Positions 1 to 9,056 of a DNA stretch of 64,000 bases are shown here, piece by piece. Position numbers and translations under genes: made by a program. Below the pieces are notes generated by a model, which ran no database searches, was not told where the DNA came from, and was given only the letters and a program-made list of their open reading frames with translations. The DNA lies in assembly GCA_963755125.1 (NCBI GenBank), contig CAVWIP010000014.1, forward strand, positions 134,431 to 198,430, read 5' to 3'. The stretch's first letter is position 1, and each line of letters starts with the position of its first letter. The stretch is from an uncultured delta proteobacterium. GTDB lineage: Bacteria > Myxococcota_A > Polyangia > Fen-1088.

Positions 1-42
1 ACGAATGTCTCCGCACGCAACTGCGTCCGGAGCAGCAGCGAA

Positions 43-1764
43 TCACTGCCTCAAGTACGGGGCCAGTCCAATATTCTGAGTCTTTATGGCGTTGGCGACG
101 AGACCAGCCAACTTCGCTGCGCCCGCGAGGTTGGTGTGTGTCGCGTCGGTTCCATTCGCGTGGTATGCCTGCAGCGCTTGGGTCTGGGTCATGCCAAGAC
201 CGTCGTACCAGGCAGTAGAGAGGGCGGTCAGATCGATGAAGGGTACGTTGTTGGCCGTTGCGACCGCCTGGGCCGCGGCAGCATGAAGGCTGGACTGATC
301 GGGTATTGGAATACCCTGCAGGCGAGCGGGCGGAGAAACCATAATCGGGTGGACGCCTGCGGCCAGTGCGGCGGTCACATGCGGTGTGAGGTTCGCCTCG
401 ACAGTTGCGTCCGTATCTGTCTTGTCGTTGTGTCCAAATTGAATCATGATCCAGTCGCCCGCGACCCAGCGCGACGAGATGTCGCCCCAGAAGCCGAAAT
501 CGCCGGAGGCTGCGCCGCTATTGGCATAGTTGGCAATCCCGACCGGAGGAGCGAAATACTCGGGCAGCATTTGCCCCCAACCCCCGAAGGCGCCGCCGGT
601 CTGGTCGCAGGCCGTGGAGTCGCTGGCGATGTAGACCATGATTGGCTTCGTCGTTGCGTCGGCTAGGGCGTATCCGATGGCAGAAACCTGCGGATTCGCG
701 CCGGAGAAGAATAAATCCAGGCCCGGATATCCCCCCGGCCCGCCGGCATGCTGTGGCTGCCCTTCCATCGCTCGCACATTGACCACGAACGCGTACTCCA
801 GCGACTGGCCTGGGGTGGTGGTCACGGACGCCAAGAGGCCTCGGCTCGATTCCGCACTGACATACGTGTCACCAGCTGCGGCCCCGCCGAGCGTCACGGT
901 CACGACGTAGTTCCCCGCCTCGCTCGTGGCGGTTGCCGTAGGAGTGGTTTCAGATGTGTTGTAATCGGTACCGCCGAAGAGGCATTCGATGCAGACATTC
1001 CCCGCTGGCTGGCCAGCGCAAGCATTATTGGTGCCTATCGCTACCGTCTGGCACTGGGCGTAGTTAGCCGCCGTGGGCGCCGGATAGCCAGTCGGGATTC
1101 CGGTCGTTGGGGGAGGAGCCCCTCCGGCACTGCCTCCGGCCGCACCCCCGGTGCTTCCACCCGGCGCGCTTCCGCCCGTCGCTCCGCTCCCTCCGGCCCC
1201 GCCTCTGCCTCCTGCCGAGCCAGATGCGCCACCTCTCCCGCCCGCGGCGCCTCCGGACGAGGTGCTCCCACCGATTGCGGACGCGCCGCCCGCGACAGTC
1301 GATCCACCCGAGGCTGTTGCGCCGCCGCCCCTGGATGCCCCACCCGAGGCTGTTGCGCCGCCGGGTTGAGAAGCGCCGCCCGAAGCGGTCGATCCGCCCG
1401 AGGCCGTTGCGCCGCCGGGTTGAGAAGCGCCGCCCGAAGCGGTCGATCCGCCCGAGGCTGTTGCGCCGCCAGGTTGAGAAGCGCCGCCCGTGACTGTCGT
1501 CCCTCCGGGTGATGAGACACCACCAGTGGCCGTTTCGCCTCCCGGTGTCGAAACGCCACCACCCGCCGGCGCGCTGCTCGCAGTTGTCGACCCTCCGACA
1601 GCGGTGGTGCTGCCCGCACTCGTCGACCCTCCGGTACTCGCTGCCGACCCTCCGGAACCGCCCTGCTTGACTCCGGAGTCGCCGGCGGAGTTACCTCCTG
1701 AACAGGCCATCAGACCGGCAAGCATGAACAATGGGAGCAGTGAACGAGGTCGCGTGGTGGTCAT
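43..1764 (-). CDS. Lipoprotein with Gly/Ser/Thr/Ala linker and C-terminal SGNH/GDSL esterase (rhamnogalacturonan acetylesterase-like)
   Basis: Lipobox LMAC; long GGxxxx low-complexity linker; SGNH blocks ASDST, GWGQ, FGHND, DATH. Start 1764 or 1776. Confidence 0.8.
   Translation of the reverse strand: MTTTRPRSLLPLFMLAGLMACSGGNSAGDSGVKQGGSGGSAASTGGSTSAGSTTAVGGSTTASSAPAGGGVSTPGGETATGGVSSPGGTTVTGGASQPGGATASGGSTASGGASQPGGATASGGSTASGGASQPGGATASGGASRGGGATASGGSTVAGGASAIGGSTSSGGAAGGRGGASGSAGGRGGAGGSGATGGSAPGGSTGGAAGGSAGGAPPPTTGIPTGYPAPTAANYAQCQTVAIGTNNACAGQPAGNVCIECLFGGTDYNTSETTPTATATSEAGNYVVTVTLGGAAAGDTYVSAESSRGLLASVTTTPGQSLEYAFVVNVRAMEGQPQHAGGPGGYPGLDLFFSGANPQVSAIGYALADATTKPIMVYIASDSTACDQTGGAFGGWGQMLPEYFAPPVGIANYANSGAASGDFGFWGDISSRWVAGDWIMIQFGHNDKTDTDATVEANLTPHVTAALAAGVHPIMVSPPARLQGIPIPDQSSLHAAAAQAVATANNVPFIDLTALSTAWYDGLGMTQTQALQAYHANGTDATHTNLAGAAKLAGLVANAIKTQNIGLAPYLRQ
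1343..1490. repeat. Intragenic 54-bp tandem repeat (about 2.7 copies; GGASQPGGATASGGSTAS)
   Basis: ccgggttgagaagcgccgcccgaagcggtcgatccgcccgagg recurs at 1361 and 1415, with a partial third copy at 1469. Confidence 0.9.
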
Positions 1765-2137
1765 GATTATCCTCAAGCTGTTGCAGACTGCAGTGGGATT
1801 TCCCCATACCTGGGGTCAAGGAATCTTGTCTTCAGACGGGAAGTGGCGGTTTCCACATTCCACGGCTCAGCGTATTTCCCTTTTCCAGGTCATAGTTGTC
1901 TTCGAGCCTGCGAGGGAAGGGGGCTAGGAGTCCGCCTTGCGGGTTTAAGTTTCTCTCCTCCGACGCGTGGAGTTTGTGGCGTTGTGATCGATTGCCGCAA
2001 ATCGTCGGTTGTCCAGCACGGGCCATAGGCGTTTCCGAGACATGGGCTTGCGTCCAAGCCCAACCAGCGTGCAGTCGTGTCCGCGAGACGGATGTGAATG
2101 TATGCCAAATCACAGATAGAACTTCTGGAGATTAGGC

Positions 2138-2168
2138 TTGACTTCATGGGCCTTCGCGACCATATGAT
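2138..2168 (+). promoter_or_regulatory. Putative sigma70 promoter of the rex-hyd operon
   Basis: TTGACT at 2138; TATGAT at 2163 (19-bp spacer, suboptimal). Confidence 0.4.
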
Positions 2169-2178
2169 TGATACGGAG

Positions 2179-2213
2179 CTGTGAAACACATAACAGCGTT
2201 TGGTAATTCACAA
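2179..2213. promoter_or_regulatory. Tandem Rex-type operators upstream of rex
   Basis: CTGTGAA-ACAC-ATAACAG (2179-2196) and GCGTTTG-GTAA-TTCACAA (2196-2213) versus consensus TTGTGAA-N4-TTCACAA. Confidence 0.65.
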
Positions 2214-2215
2214 CT

Positions 2216-2902
2216 ATGGCCATCAAAGGGACACATGCGCGACGGAAGCTCGGCAAGAAGACGGTTTCCGAGCTGGTCGTTGTTAGGCTGATTCTTTACC
2301 GGCGCATCCTGCGCGACTTGGCCTTCTCAGGCACCCGTTACGTGTTCTCGCACCAGCTTGCGGCTTTGGCCGACGTGACGCCCGAACAACTGCGGCGGGA
2401 TCTCATGAACGTGCGCTACGAAGGCAGCCCGACCCGCGGGTACGAGGTCGTGGTTCTGGAAGAACGCGTTGGCGCGTTTCTGGACCCGCCGACCACGCAG
2501 GCGGTAGCGCTGGTGGGTGTGGGCAACCTCGGCCGCGCCCTCTTCGCGTATTTCCTGGGACGCCGGCCCTTGCTCCAGATCGTCGCCGCCTTCGACATCG
2601 ATCCGGCCAAGGTCGATCGCATGATCAACGGTTGCCCGTCGTATCACATCAGCGAGGCCGGGACCATCATGCGCGAGAAGGGAATCAACGTCGCCATGAT
2701 CGCCGTGCCGGCTGCGGCCGCGCAGAGCGTGGCCGATACCCTGGTCGAGGCAGGGGTGCGCAGTTTGCTCAATTTCGCTGACGTCCGCCTGCGCCTGCCG
2801 CCGGACGTTTACGTCGAGCACATCGACATCGGCGTCACGCTGGAAAAGGTGGCGTTCTTCGCGCGGCGGCCGGCCGCAGCCAAGGCCGCGGGGTCTCCAT
2901 GA
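2216..2902 (+). CDS. rex: Redox-sensing transcriptional repressor Rex
   Basis: Winged-helix motif RLILYRR...SHQLA...QLRRDL...GYEV; NADH-binding VGVGNLGRAL; AAFDID; LLNFA. Confidence 0.95.
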   Translation: MAIKGTHARRKLGKKTVSELVVVRLILYRRILRDLAFSGTRYVFSHQLAALADVTPEQLRRDLMNVRYEGSPTRGYEVVVLEERVGAFLDPPTTQAVALVGVGNLGRALFAYFLGRRPLLQIVAAFDIDPAKVDRMINGCPSYHISEAGTIMREKGINVAMIAVPAAAAQSVADTLVEAGVRSLLNFADVRLRLPPDVYVEHIDIGVTLEKVAFFARRPAAAKAAGSP

Positions 2903-4956
2903 AGCCCACCGACCTTTCTCTGGTCAGCACGATTCGCGAGCGCTGTCGCGTTTGCTACACCTGCGTGCGTGAGTGCCCGGCCAAGGCCATCCGCATAGCA
3001 GGAGGCCAGGCCGAGGTCATCCCTTCGCGATGTATCGGTTGCGGCTCCTGCGTGCTGGTGTGCAGCCAGGGCGCCAAGCGCGTGCTCAGCTCGGTCGAGG
3101 CGGTGCAGGGACTTCTGCGCAGTGGCGCGCCCGTGGCGGCGTGCGTGGCGCCAAGTTTTCCGGCGGAGATCGGCGACCGTGCGGTGCGGCACATGGTCGG
3201 GGCGCTGCGAAAACTGGGCTTCTCGCTGGTGTGCGAGGTGGCCTTCGGTGCCGATCTGGTGGCCCGCGCTTATCGCGATCTTCTGGCCCAGCGCCCGCAC
3301 GAAAGCTTCATCGCCACCGCCTGTCCGGCCATTGTCAATTTCGTCGAGCGCTATCACCCGGACCTGATGCCTCACCTGGCCCCCATCGCGTCGCCCATGT
3401 TGGCCACGGCGCGGGCCTTGCGCGCGCGCTACGGCGCCGACACGAAGATCGTGTTCATCGGGCCCTGCATCGCGAAGAAGGGCGAGGCAGCCACACTGTC
3501 GGGTCCGGATCGCGTCGACGCGGTCCTGACCTTCCGCGAGCTGCGGGACATGCTGGGCTCCGCCGGAATCGCCTCGGGCGAGGTGGCCTCGTCCGAATTC
3601 GACCCGCCCCGCGCGGGCCTGGGCGGTGTGTTTCCCTTGCCGCGCGGAAGCTTGCAGACCGCGGGCATCGACGAGGATCTGACCTCCAGCGAGGTGGTGT
3701 CGGCCGATGGGCGCTCGGCGTTCCCCGAGGCTTTGCAGGAGTTTTCTGGCGGCCAGCTCAATGTCCACCTGCTCGAACTGCTCTGTTGCCGCGGAGGCTG
3801 CGTGATGGGCGCAGGGATGAGCGTCGATCTGCCGCCCTTTGCTCGCCGCGCCCACATCAGCCGTCATGTGCAAAGCCAGCGCGCCAGCTTCGATCGCGCG
3901 GCGTGGTCGGTGGAGATGGACCAGCTGCGTGACCTGCCCTTGGGCCGCAGCTTCCAGACCGCCAGCCAGAACATGCCCACCCCGTCGGCCGACGAGCTCC
4001 GCACCATCATGATCGAGATGGGGAAACTCGGCCCCGACGACGAGCTGAATTGTGGGGCTTGTGGCTACGACACCTGTCGCGCGCACGCGGTGGCCATCTT
4101 CCGCGGACTGGCCGAGGACGAGATGTGCCTGCCCTACACCATCGAGCGGCTGAAGAAGACGGTGCAGAAACTGGATTTTTCCAACACCAAGCTGGCTAGC
4201 ACGCAACAGGCGCTGGTCCAGGCCGAGAAGCTGGCCAGCATGGGCCAGTTGGCGGCTGGCATCGCGCACGAGGTGAACAATCCGCTGGGCGTGGTGCTGC
4301 TCTACGCCCACGTGCTGCTCGAATCCTGTGACAAGGATTCGCCTCAAGCGAAGGATCTGGCGATGGTCGTCGAGCAGGCTGACCGCTGCAAGAAGATCGT
4401 CTCGGGATTGCTCAACTTCGCCCGCCAGAACAAGGTCGTGCTGCTGCCGACCAAGGTTGCTGACCTGGTCGACCGTTCCTTGCGCGGCGTGCAGGCGCCG
4501 GCTGGCATCGAGATCGTGGTCGAACACCAGGATCCCACGGCCTCGGCAGACCTGGATGCGGATCAGATTCGCCAAGTCCTCACCAATCTGTTGACCAACG
4601 CCGTGGCGGCCATGCCCGCGGGCGGCCGGCTCACCGTGCGCAGTGCCGTCAGCGATGAACAGGTTCTCTTCGCCGTCGAAGACACGGGGATGGGAATCCC
4701 CAAGGAGAACATGAAGCGCGTGTTCGAGCCGTTCTTCACGACCAAGCAGATGGGACGCGGCACCGGGCTGGGCCTGGCGGTGAGCTACGGCATCGTCAAA
4801 ATGCACCGGGGCAACATCAGGCTCAAGTCGAACGCCGATGCGGCGGCCGGACCCACGGGCACGACCTTCACCGTGACCCTGCCGCGCTTCGAGCAGCGCG
4901 AAGAATCCATGAGTTTCCTAGCACCGGAAGGCGACGGACGCGAGGACGCTCGCTGA
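2899..4956 (+). CDS. Putative sensory (group C) [FeFe]-hydrogenase fused to a histidine kinase
   Basis: N-terminal 2x[4Fe-4S]; H-cluster motifs ATACP, IGPCIAKKGE, ELLCCRGGC; FeS motif NCGACGYDTC; HisKA AHEVNNPL; HATPase DTGMGI, FEPFFTTK, GTGLGL. Confidence 0.9.
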   Translation: MKPTDLSLVSTIRERCRVCYTCVRECPAKAIRIAGGQAEVIPSRCIGCGSCVLVCSQGAKRVLSSVEAVQGLLRSGAPVAACVAPSFPAEIGDRAVRHMVGALRKLGFSLVCEVAFGADLVARAYRDLLAQRPHESFIATACPAIVNFVERYHPDLMPHLAPIASPMLATARALRARYGADTKIVFIGPCIAKKGEAATLSGPDRVDAVLTFRELRDMLGSAGIASGEVASSEFDPPRAGLGGVFPLPRGSLQTAGIDEDLTSSEVVSADGRSAFPEALQEFSGGQLNVHLLELLCCRGGCVMGAGMSVDLPPFARRAHISRHVQSQRASFDRAAWSVEMDQLRDLPLGRSFQTASQNMPTPSADELRTIMIEMGKLGPDDELNCGACGYDTCRAHAVAIFRGLAEDEMCLPYTIERLKKTVQKLDFSNTKLASTQQALVQAEKLASMGQLAAGIAHEVNNPLGVVLLYAHVLLESCDKDSPQAKDLAMVVEQADRCKKIVSGLLNFARQNKVVLLPTKVADLVDRSLRGVQAPAGIEIVVEHQDPTASADLDADQIRQVLTNLLTNAVAAMPAGGRLTVRSAVSDEQVLFAVEDTGMGIPKENMKRVFEPFFTTKQMGRGTGLGLAVSYGIVKMHRGNIRLKSNADAAAGPTGTTFTVTLPRFEQREESMSFLAPEGDGREDAR

Positions 4957-5065
4957 CGACCATGTTGCCAAGACCATCTCTTGGGGAAGAAGTACGGAGG
5001 GTCCCCTGCCCATGCACGCAGCACTGAAACACAACGCCATTACAGAGAATCTGGAGGCTAGCCCC

Positions 5066-6205
5066 ATGGACACCTTGCGCGTGTTGGTCATCGACGACGA
5101 AGCTGGGATGCGGGCCGGGGCGTCGCGCGTGCTCGACGGATTTCGGGTGGCGTTGCCCGATACCGACGGACACGTATGCCTGGAGGTGGCGCACGCGGAG
5201 AGCGGCGAGGAGGGGTTGCAGGCGATGGAGACGAGCAAGTTCGACATCGTGCTGCTCGACCACAAGTTGCCCGGGATGTCGGGCCTTGATGTGCTGGATC
5301 GGCTCAATCAAAGACGAGACGACGCGCTGGTCATCATGATCACGGCGTACGCTTCGCTAGACGTTGCAGTCAGCGCCACCAAGCGGGGGGCTTTCGATTT
5401 TCTTGCCAAGCCGTTCACCCCGGAAGAGTTGCGCGACGCGGTTCGCAAGGCGGCCCGGCACCACATCCTGCGCTGGCAGGCACGCAAGCTGGCGCAAGAG
5501 AAGCGCCAGGTTCGCTTCCAGTTCCTCTCCGTGCTGGTGCACGAACTCAAGGCGCCGCTGGTCGCCGTGGAGGGCTACCTGCGGCTCTTGCAGGAAGGCG
5601 CGGCCACGGATCCGGAGACGGCGGCCCGCGCGGTTGAGCGCAGCTTGGTGCGCCTCGACGGCATGCGGAAGCTGATCGTCGATCTTCTCGATCTCACGCG
5701 TATCGAGTCGGGGCAGAAGGCGCGCGAATTTTCCGCCGTCGACGTGGTCGAGGTGGCGCGTGCTGCCATCGAGACCGCGCTGCCCGCGGCAAAGGAGCGA
5801 GCCATCACGATGGAATTGCACTCGCCCGGCTCTGTGGTTCTGCGGGCGGACAGGGGCGAGATCGAGATCATGCTCAACAACCTGGTGTCCAATGCGGTGA
5901 AGTACAATCGTGACGGTGGCCGGGTCGACGTGACCGTGTCGGACGGGCCTGCGGGCGTGACCGTGGCGGTGAAGGACACGGGCATCGGCATGACCAAGGA
6001 AGAGACCGCCAAGCTTTTCGGCGAATTCGTGCGCATCAAGAACGCCAAGACCCGCAACATCATGGGCAGCGGGTTGGGGTTGTCGATCTTGCGCAAGCTG
6101 GCCACCCTGTATGGGGGCGACGTGACGGTGGCGAGCCAGCCCGATGTCGGCACGACCTTCACGGTGCATCTGCCGCCGGTCGCGCCGGGAAATGACGTCG
6201 CGTAG
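5066..6205 (+). CDS. Hybrid receiver-histidine kinase
   Basis: REC (VIDDE, LLDHKL, AKPF), VHELKAPL, NLVSNAVKYN, GSGLGL. GGAGG RBS precedes ATG 5066. Confidence 0.9.
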   Translation: MDTLRVLVIDDEAGMRAGASRVLDGFRVALPDTDGHVCLEVAHAESGEEGLQAMETSKFDIVLLDHKLPGMSGLDVLDRLNQRRDDALVIMITAYASLDVAVSATKRGAFDFLAKPFTPEELRDAVRKAARHHILRWQARKLAQEKRQVRFQFLSVLVHELKAPLVAVEGYLRLLQEGAATDPETAARAVERSLVRLDGMRKLIVDLLDLTRIESGQKAREFSAVDVVEVARAAIETALPAAKERAITMELHSPGSVVLRADRGEIEIMLNNLVSNAVKYNRDGGRVDVTVSDGPAGVTVAVKDTGIGMTKEETAKLFGEFVRIKNAKTRNIMGSGLGLSILRKLATLYGGDVTVASQPDVGTTFTVHLPPVAPGNDVA

Positions 6206-6217
6206 ATGGGAGTACAA

Positions 6218-7615
6218 ATGCACGACACCCTGGGATTCATAGACGAAGGCGAAATTGTTCGCGTGTTGGCTGCGCCGGCGAGCAAGGATGCGGGACAGGT
6301 TCGCGCCGTGCTGGCCAAGGCCCGCGGCTTGTCCGGGCTCGACATGGCGGATGTCGCCACGTTGGCCGCCGTCAGCGATCCCGAGCTGCTGGGCGAGATT
6401 TTCCAGACCGCGCGCGCCGTGAAGGATCAGATCTACGGACCGCGGCTGGTGCTATTCGCGCCGCTCTATGTGTCCAATCTGTGCGCCAACGACTGCACCT
6501 ACTGCGCGTTTCGCGCGCGCAACAAACAGGTCAAGCGCCGGGCGCTGTCGCAGGACGAGATCCGCCGCGAGGTCGAGATCCTGGTCGACCAGGGCCACAA
6601 GCGCATCCTGCTGGTGGCGGGCGAGTCGTATCCGCACCAGGGCTTCCAGTACGTGCTCGATTCCATTGCGACCATCTACAGTGTCAAGCGGGGAAGGGGC
6701 GAGATTCGGCGCGTGAATGCCAACGTCGCGCCCCTGACCGTCGACGAGTTTCGCGCGCTCAAGGGCGCGGGCATCGGCACCTACCAGCTTTTCCAGGAAA
6801 CCTACCACCACGCGACCTACCAGAGCGTTCATTTGGCCGGCAAGAAGAAGGACTACGACTGGCGCGTCTCGGCCATGGACCGCGCCATGGAGGCCGGGAT
6901 CGACGACGTGGGCATCGGCATCCTGTTTGGCCTGGCCGATTGGCGCTTCGAGATCCTGGCGCTCATGCAGCACATCCGGCACCTGGAGGCACGCTTCGGC
7001 GTAGGCCCCCACACCATCAGCGTGCCGCGCCTGGAGCCAGCCATCGGATCCGACATTGCGGGCAATCCGCCGCACGCGGTGTCCGACATCGACTTTCGCA
7101 AGATCGTCGCGATCCTGCGTTTGGCGGTGCCCTACACCGGCATCATCATGTCCACGCGCGAGACGCCCAACATCCGGCGCGAGACATTTGCGCTGGGGGT
7201 GTCGCAGATTTCCGCGGGCAGCCGCACCAATCCGGGCGGCTATGCCGAGGCCGTGGCCAACCCGGCGGAATCCAGCCAGTTCCAGCTCGGCGATCATCGC
7301 GATCTCGACGAGGTAGTGCGCGACGTGGCGGCCATGGGCTACGTTCCGTCGTTCTGCACCGCTTGCTACCGACTGGGGCGCACGGGCCAGGACTTCATGG
7401 ACCTGGCCAAGCCCGGCGCCATCAAATTGCACTGCGATCCCAACGCGCTGTCGACCTTCACCGAGTACCTGGAGGACTACGCCGGTCCGGAAACGCGCAA
7501 GGTGGGTGAAGGCCTGGTGGGCAGCACTCTGGCCAACATGGACGCGCGCCGGAAGGAAATTTCCGAGGCTCTGGTGCGCAAGGTGAAGGGCGGCAAGCGC
7601 GACGTCTTCGTGTGA
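6218..7615 (+). CDS. hydG: [FeFe]-hydrogenase maturase HydG
   Basis: Radical SAM motif CANDCTYC; GPHTISVPR; C-terminal FCTACYR...CDPNA. Start 6206 or 6218. Confidence 0.95.
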   Translation: MHDTLGFIDEGEIVRVLAAPASKDAGQVRAVLAKARGLSGLDMADVATLAAVSDPELLGEIFQTARAVKDQIYGPRLVLFAPLYVSNLCANDCTYCAFRARNKQVKRRALSQDEIRREVEILVDQGHKRILLVAGESYPHQGFQYVLDSIATIYSVKRGRGEIRRVNANVAPLTVDEFRALKGAGIGTYQLFQETYHHATYQSVHLAGKKKDYDWRVSAMDRAMEAGIDDVGIGILFGLADWRFEILALMQHIRHLEARFGVGPHTISVPRLEPAIGSDIAGNPPHAVSDIDFRKIVAILRLAVPYTGIIMSTRETPNIRRETFALGVSQISAGSRTNPGGYAEAVANPAESSQFQLGDHRDLDEVVRDVAAMGYVPSFCTACYRLGRTGQDFMDLAKPGAIKLHCDPNALSTFTEYLEDYAGPETRKVGEGLVGSTLANMDARRKEISEALVRKVKGGKRDVFV

Positions 7616-7637
7616 GGCGAACCACGCGAGGCCCCGC

Positions 7638-9056
7638 ATGAGCGAAACACGCCGCGAGCAAGACCCGCTGGGAGAGCGGGAGGTTCCCGCGGGAGCGCTG
7701 TGGGGCGTGCACACTCTGCGGGCGTTGGAGAATTTCCCGCTGGCCGGGCGCCCCGTGCATCGCGCCCTGGTGCGCGCCTTCGGCGCGGTGAAGGGGGCGT
7801 GCGCACTCACCAATCAGCGACTGGGCGCCTGGGCCGCGGATCCGGCCAAGGGCGACGCCATCGTGGCTGCGTGTGCCGAAATGGCCGCCGGGCAACTCGA
7901 CGAACATGTCGTCGCGGATGCCTTGCAAGGCGGCGCTGGCACCAGCACCAACATGAACGTCAACGAGGTGCTGGCCAACCGCGCGTTGCAGATTCTGGGC
8001 GAGCCGCTGGGCCACACCCAGCGCGTATCGCCGCTCGACGACATCAACCTGCACCAGTCGACCAACGACACCTTTCCGACGGCCATGCGGGTGGCGGGCC
8101 TGTGGCTGCTGGCGGCGTTGGAAAAAGAGGTCGTGGCGTTGCAGGAGGCCTTTCAGCAAAAAGAAAGGGTATTCGCCCACATCGTTAAGGTCGGCCGCAC
8201 CGAGATGCAGGACGCGGTCCTCGTCACCTTGGGACGCGAGATGGGCGCCTATGCCGAGGCGCTGGCGCGCGACCGATGGCGTATCTACAAATGCACGGAA
8301 CGTCTGCGCGTAGTGAATCTCGGGGGCACGGCCATCGGCACCGGCCTGGGTGCGCCGCGCACGTTCATCTTTCAGGTGGTGGATGCGCTCTCGCAGTTGA
8401 CCGGGCTCAGCGTGGCGCGTGCGGAGAATCTCGTCGAGGCGACGCAGAACGCGGACGTGTTCGCCGAGGTCTCCGGGATGCTCAAGGCCTGTGCGGTGAA
8501 CTTGTTGAAGATTTCGTCCGACCTACGGCTGCTCTCGTCCGGTCCTGAGGCAGGTCTAGGCGAGATCAAGCTGCCCGCGCGCCAGGCCGGCTCGTCGATC
8601 ATGCCCGGTAAGGTGAATCCGGTCATCCCCGAGGCGGTCAGCCAGGCGGCCATGCTGGTCATGGCCCACGACGCCGCGATCGCGCAGGCGTGCGCAGCCG
8701 GCAGTCTGGAACTGAACCCGTTTTTGCCGCTGGTCGCCCATTGTCTGTTCGACAGCCTGGACCTGCTCGCGCGGGCCGCCGGGATCCTGCGCGTCTTCTG
8801 CGTCGAAGGAATGACTGCCGACGAGGAACGCTGCCGCGCGCATGTGAACGCGTCGACCGCCGTGGTCACGGCATTGGTCGCGCGCGTGGGATACGAAGCC
8901 GCGTGCACCATCGCGCGCAAGGCGAGCGAGCGTGGCTGCTCGATTCGCGACGTGGTCTTGGCGGATGGCATTTTGAATGGGCAAGAGTTCGACGAGTTGA
9001 CCACGCCCGAGGCGGTGTGCCGCCTGGGCTCGCCGGATCGGGGAGGGGAGCGATGA
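7638..9056 (+). CDS. aspA: Aspartate ammonia-lyase family protein within the maturase operon
   Basis: GSSIMPGKVNP signature; QGGAGTSTNMNVNEV; QSTND. Confidence 0.88.
   Translation: MSETRREQDPLGEREVPAGALWGVHTLRALENFPLAGRPVHRALVRAFGAVKGACALTNQRLGAWAADPAKGDAIVAACAEMAAGQLDEHVVADALQGGAGTSTNMNVNEVLANRALQILGEPLGHTQRVSPLDDINLHQSTNDTFPTAMRVAGLWLLAALEKEVVALQEAFQQKERVFAHIVKVGRTEMQDAVLVTLGREMGAYAEALARDRWRIYKCTERLRVVNLGGTAIGTGLGAPRTFIFQVVDALSQLTGLSVARAENLVEATQNADVFAEVSGMLKACAVNLLKISSDLRLLSSGPEAGLGEIKLPARQAGSSIMPGKVNPVIPEAVSQAAMLVMAHDAAIAQACAAGSLELNPFLPLVAHCLFDSLDLLARAAGILRVFCVEGMTADEERCRAHVNASTAVVTALVARVGYEAACTIARKASERGCSIRDVVLADGILNGQEFDELTTPEAVCRLGSPDRGGER

Noticed and set aside
1343-1490. Possible CRISPR array
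   Set aside because: Contiguous in-frame coding repeat with no unique spacers; no cas genes in the window.
2093-2114. TGTGA...TCACA as a CRP or Rex site
   Set aside because: The 12-bp spacer fits neither CRP (6) nor Rex (8) geometry; an unknown regulator cannot be excluded.
2809-4806. Long antisense ORFs (also 6452-7813, 12474-14483, 15623-17101, 51058-52536)
   Set aside because: Shadow ORFs of GC-rich genes that have clear motifs on the opposite strand.
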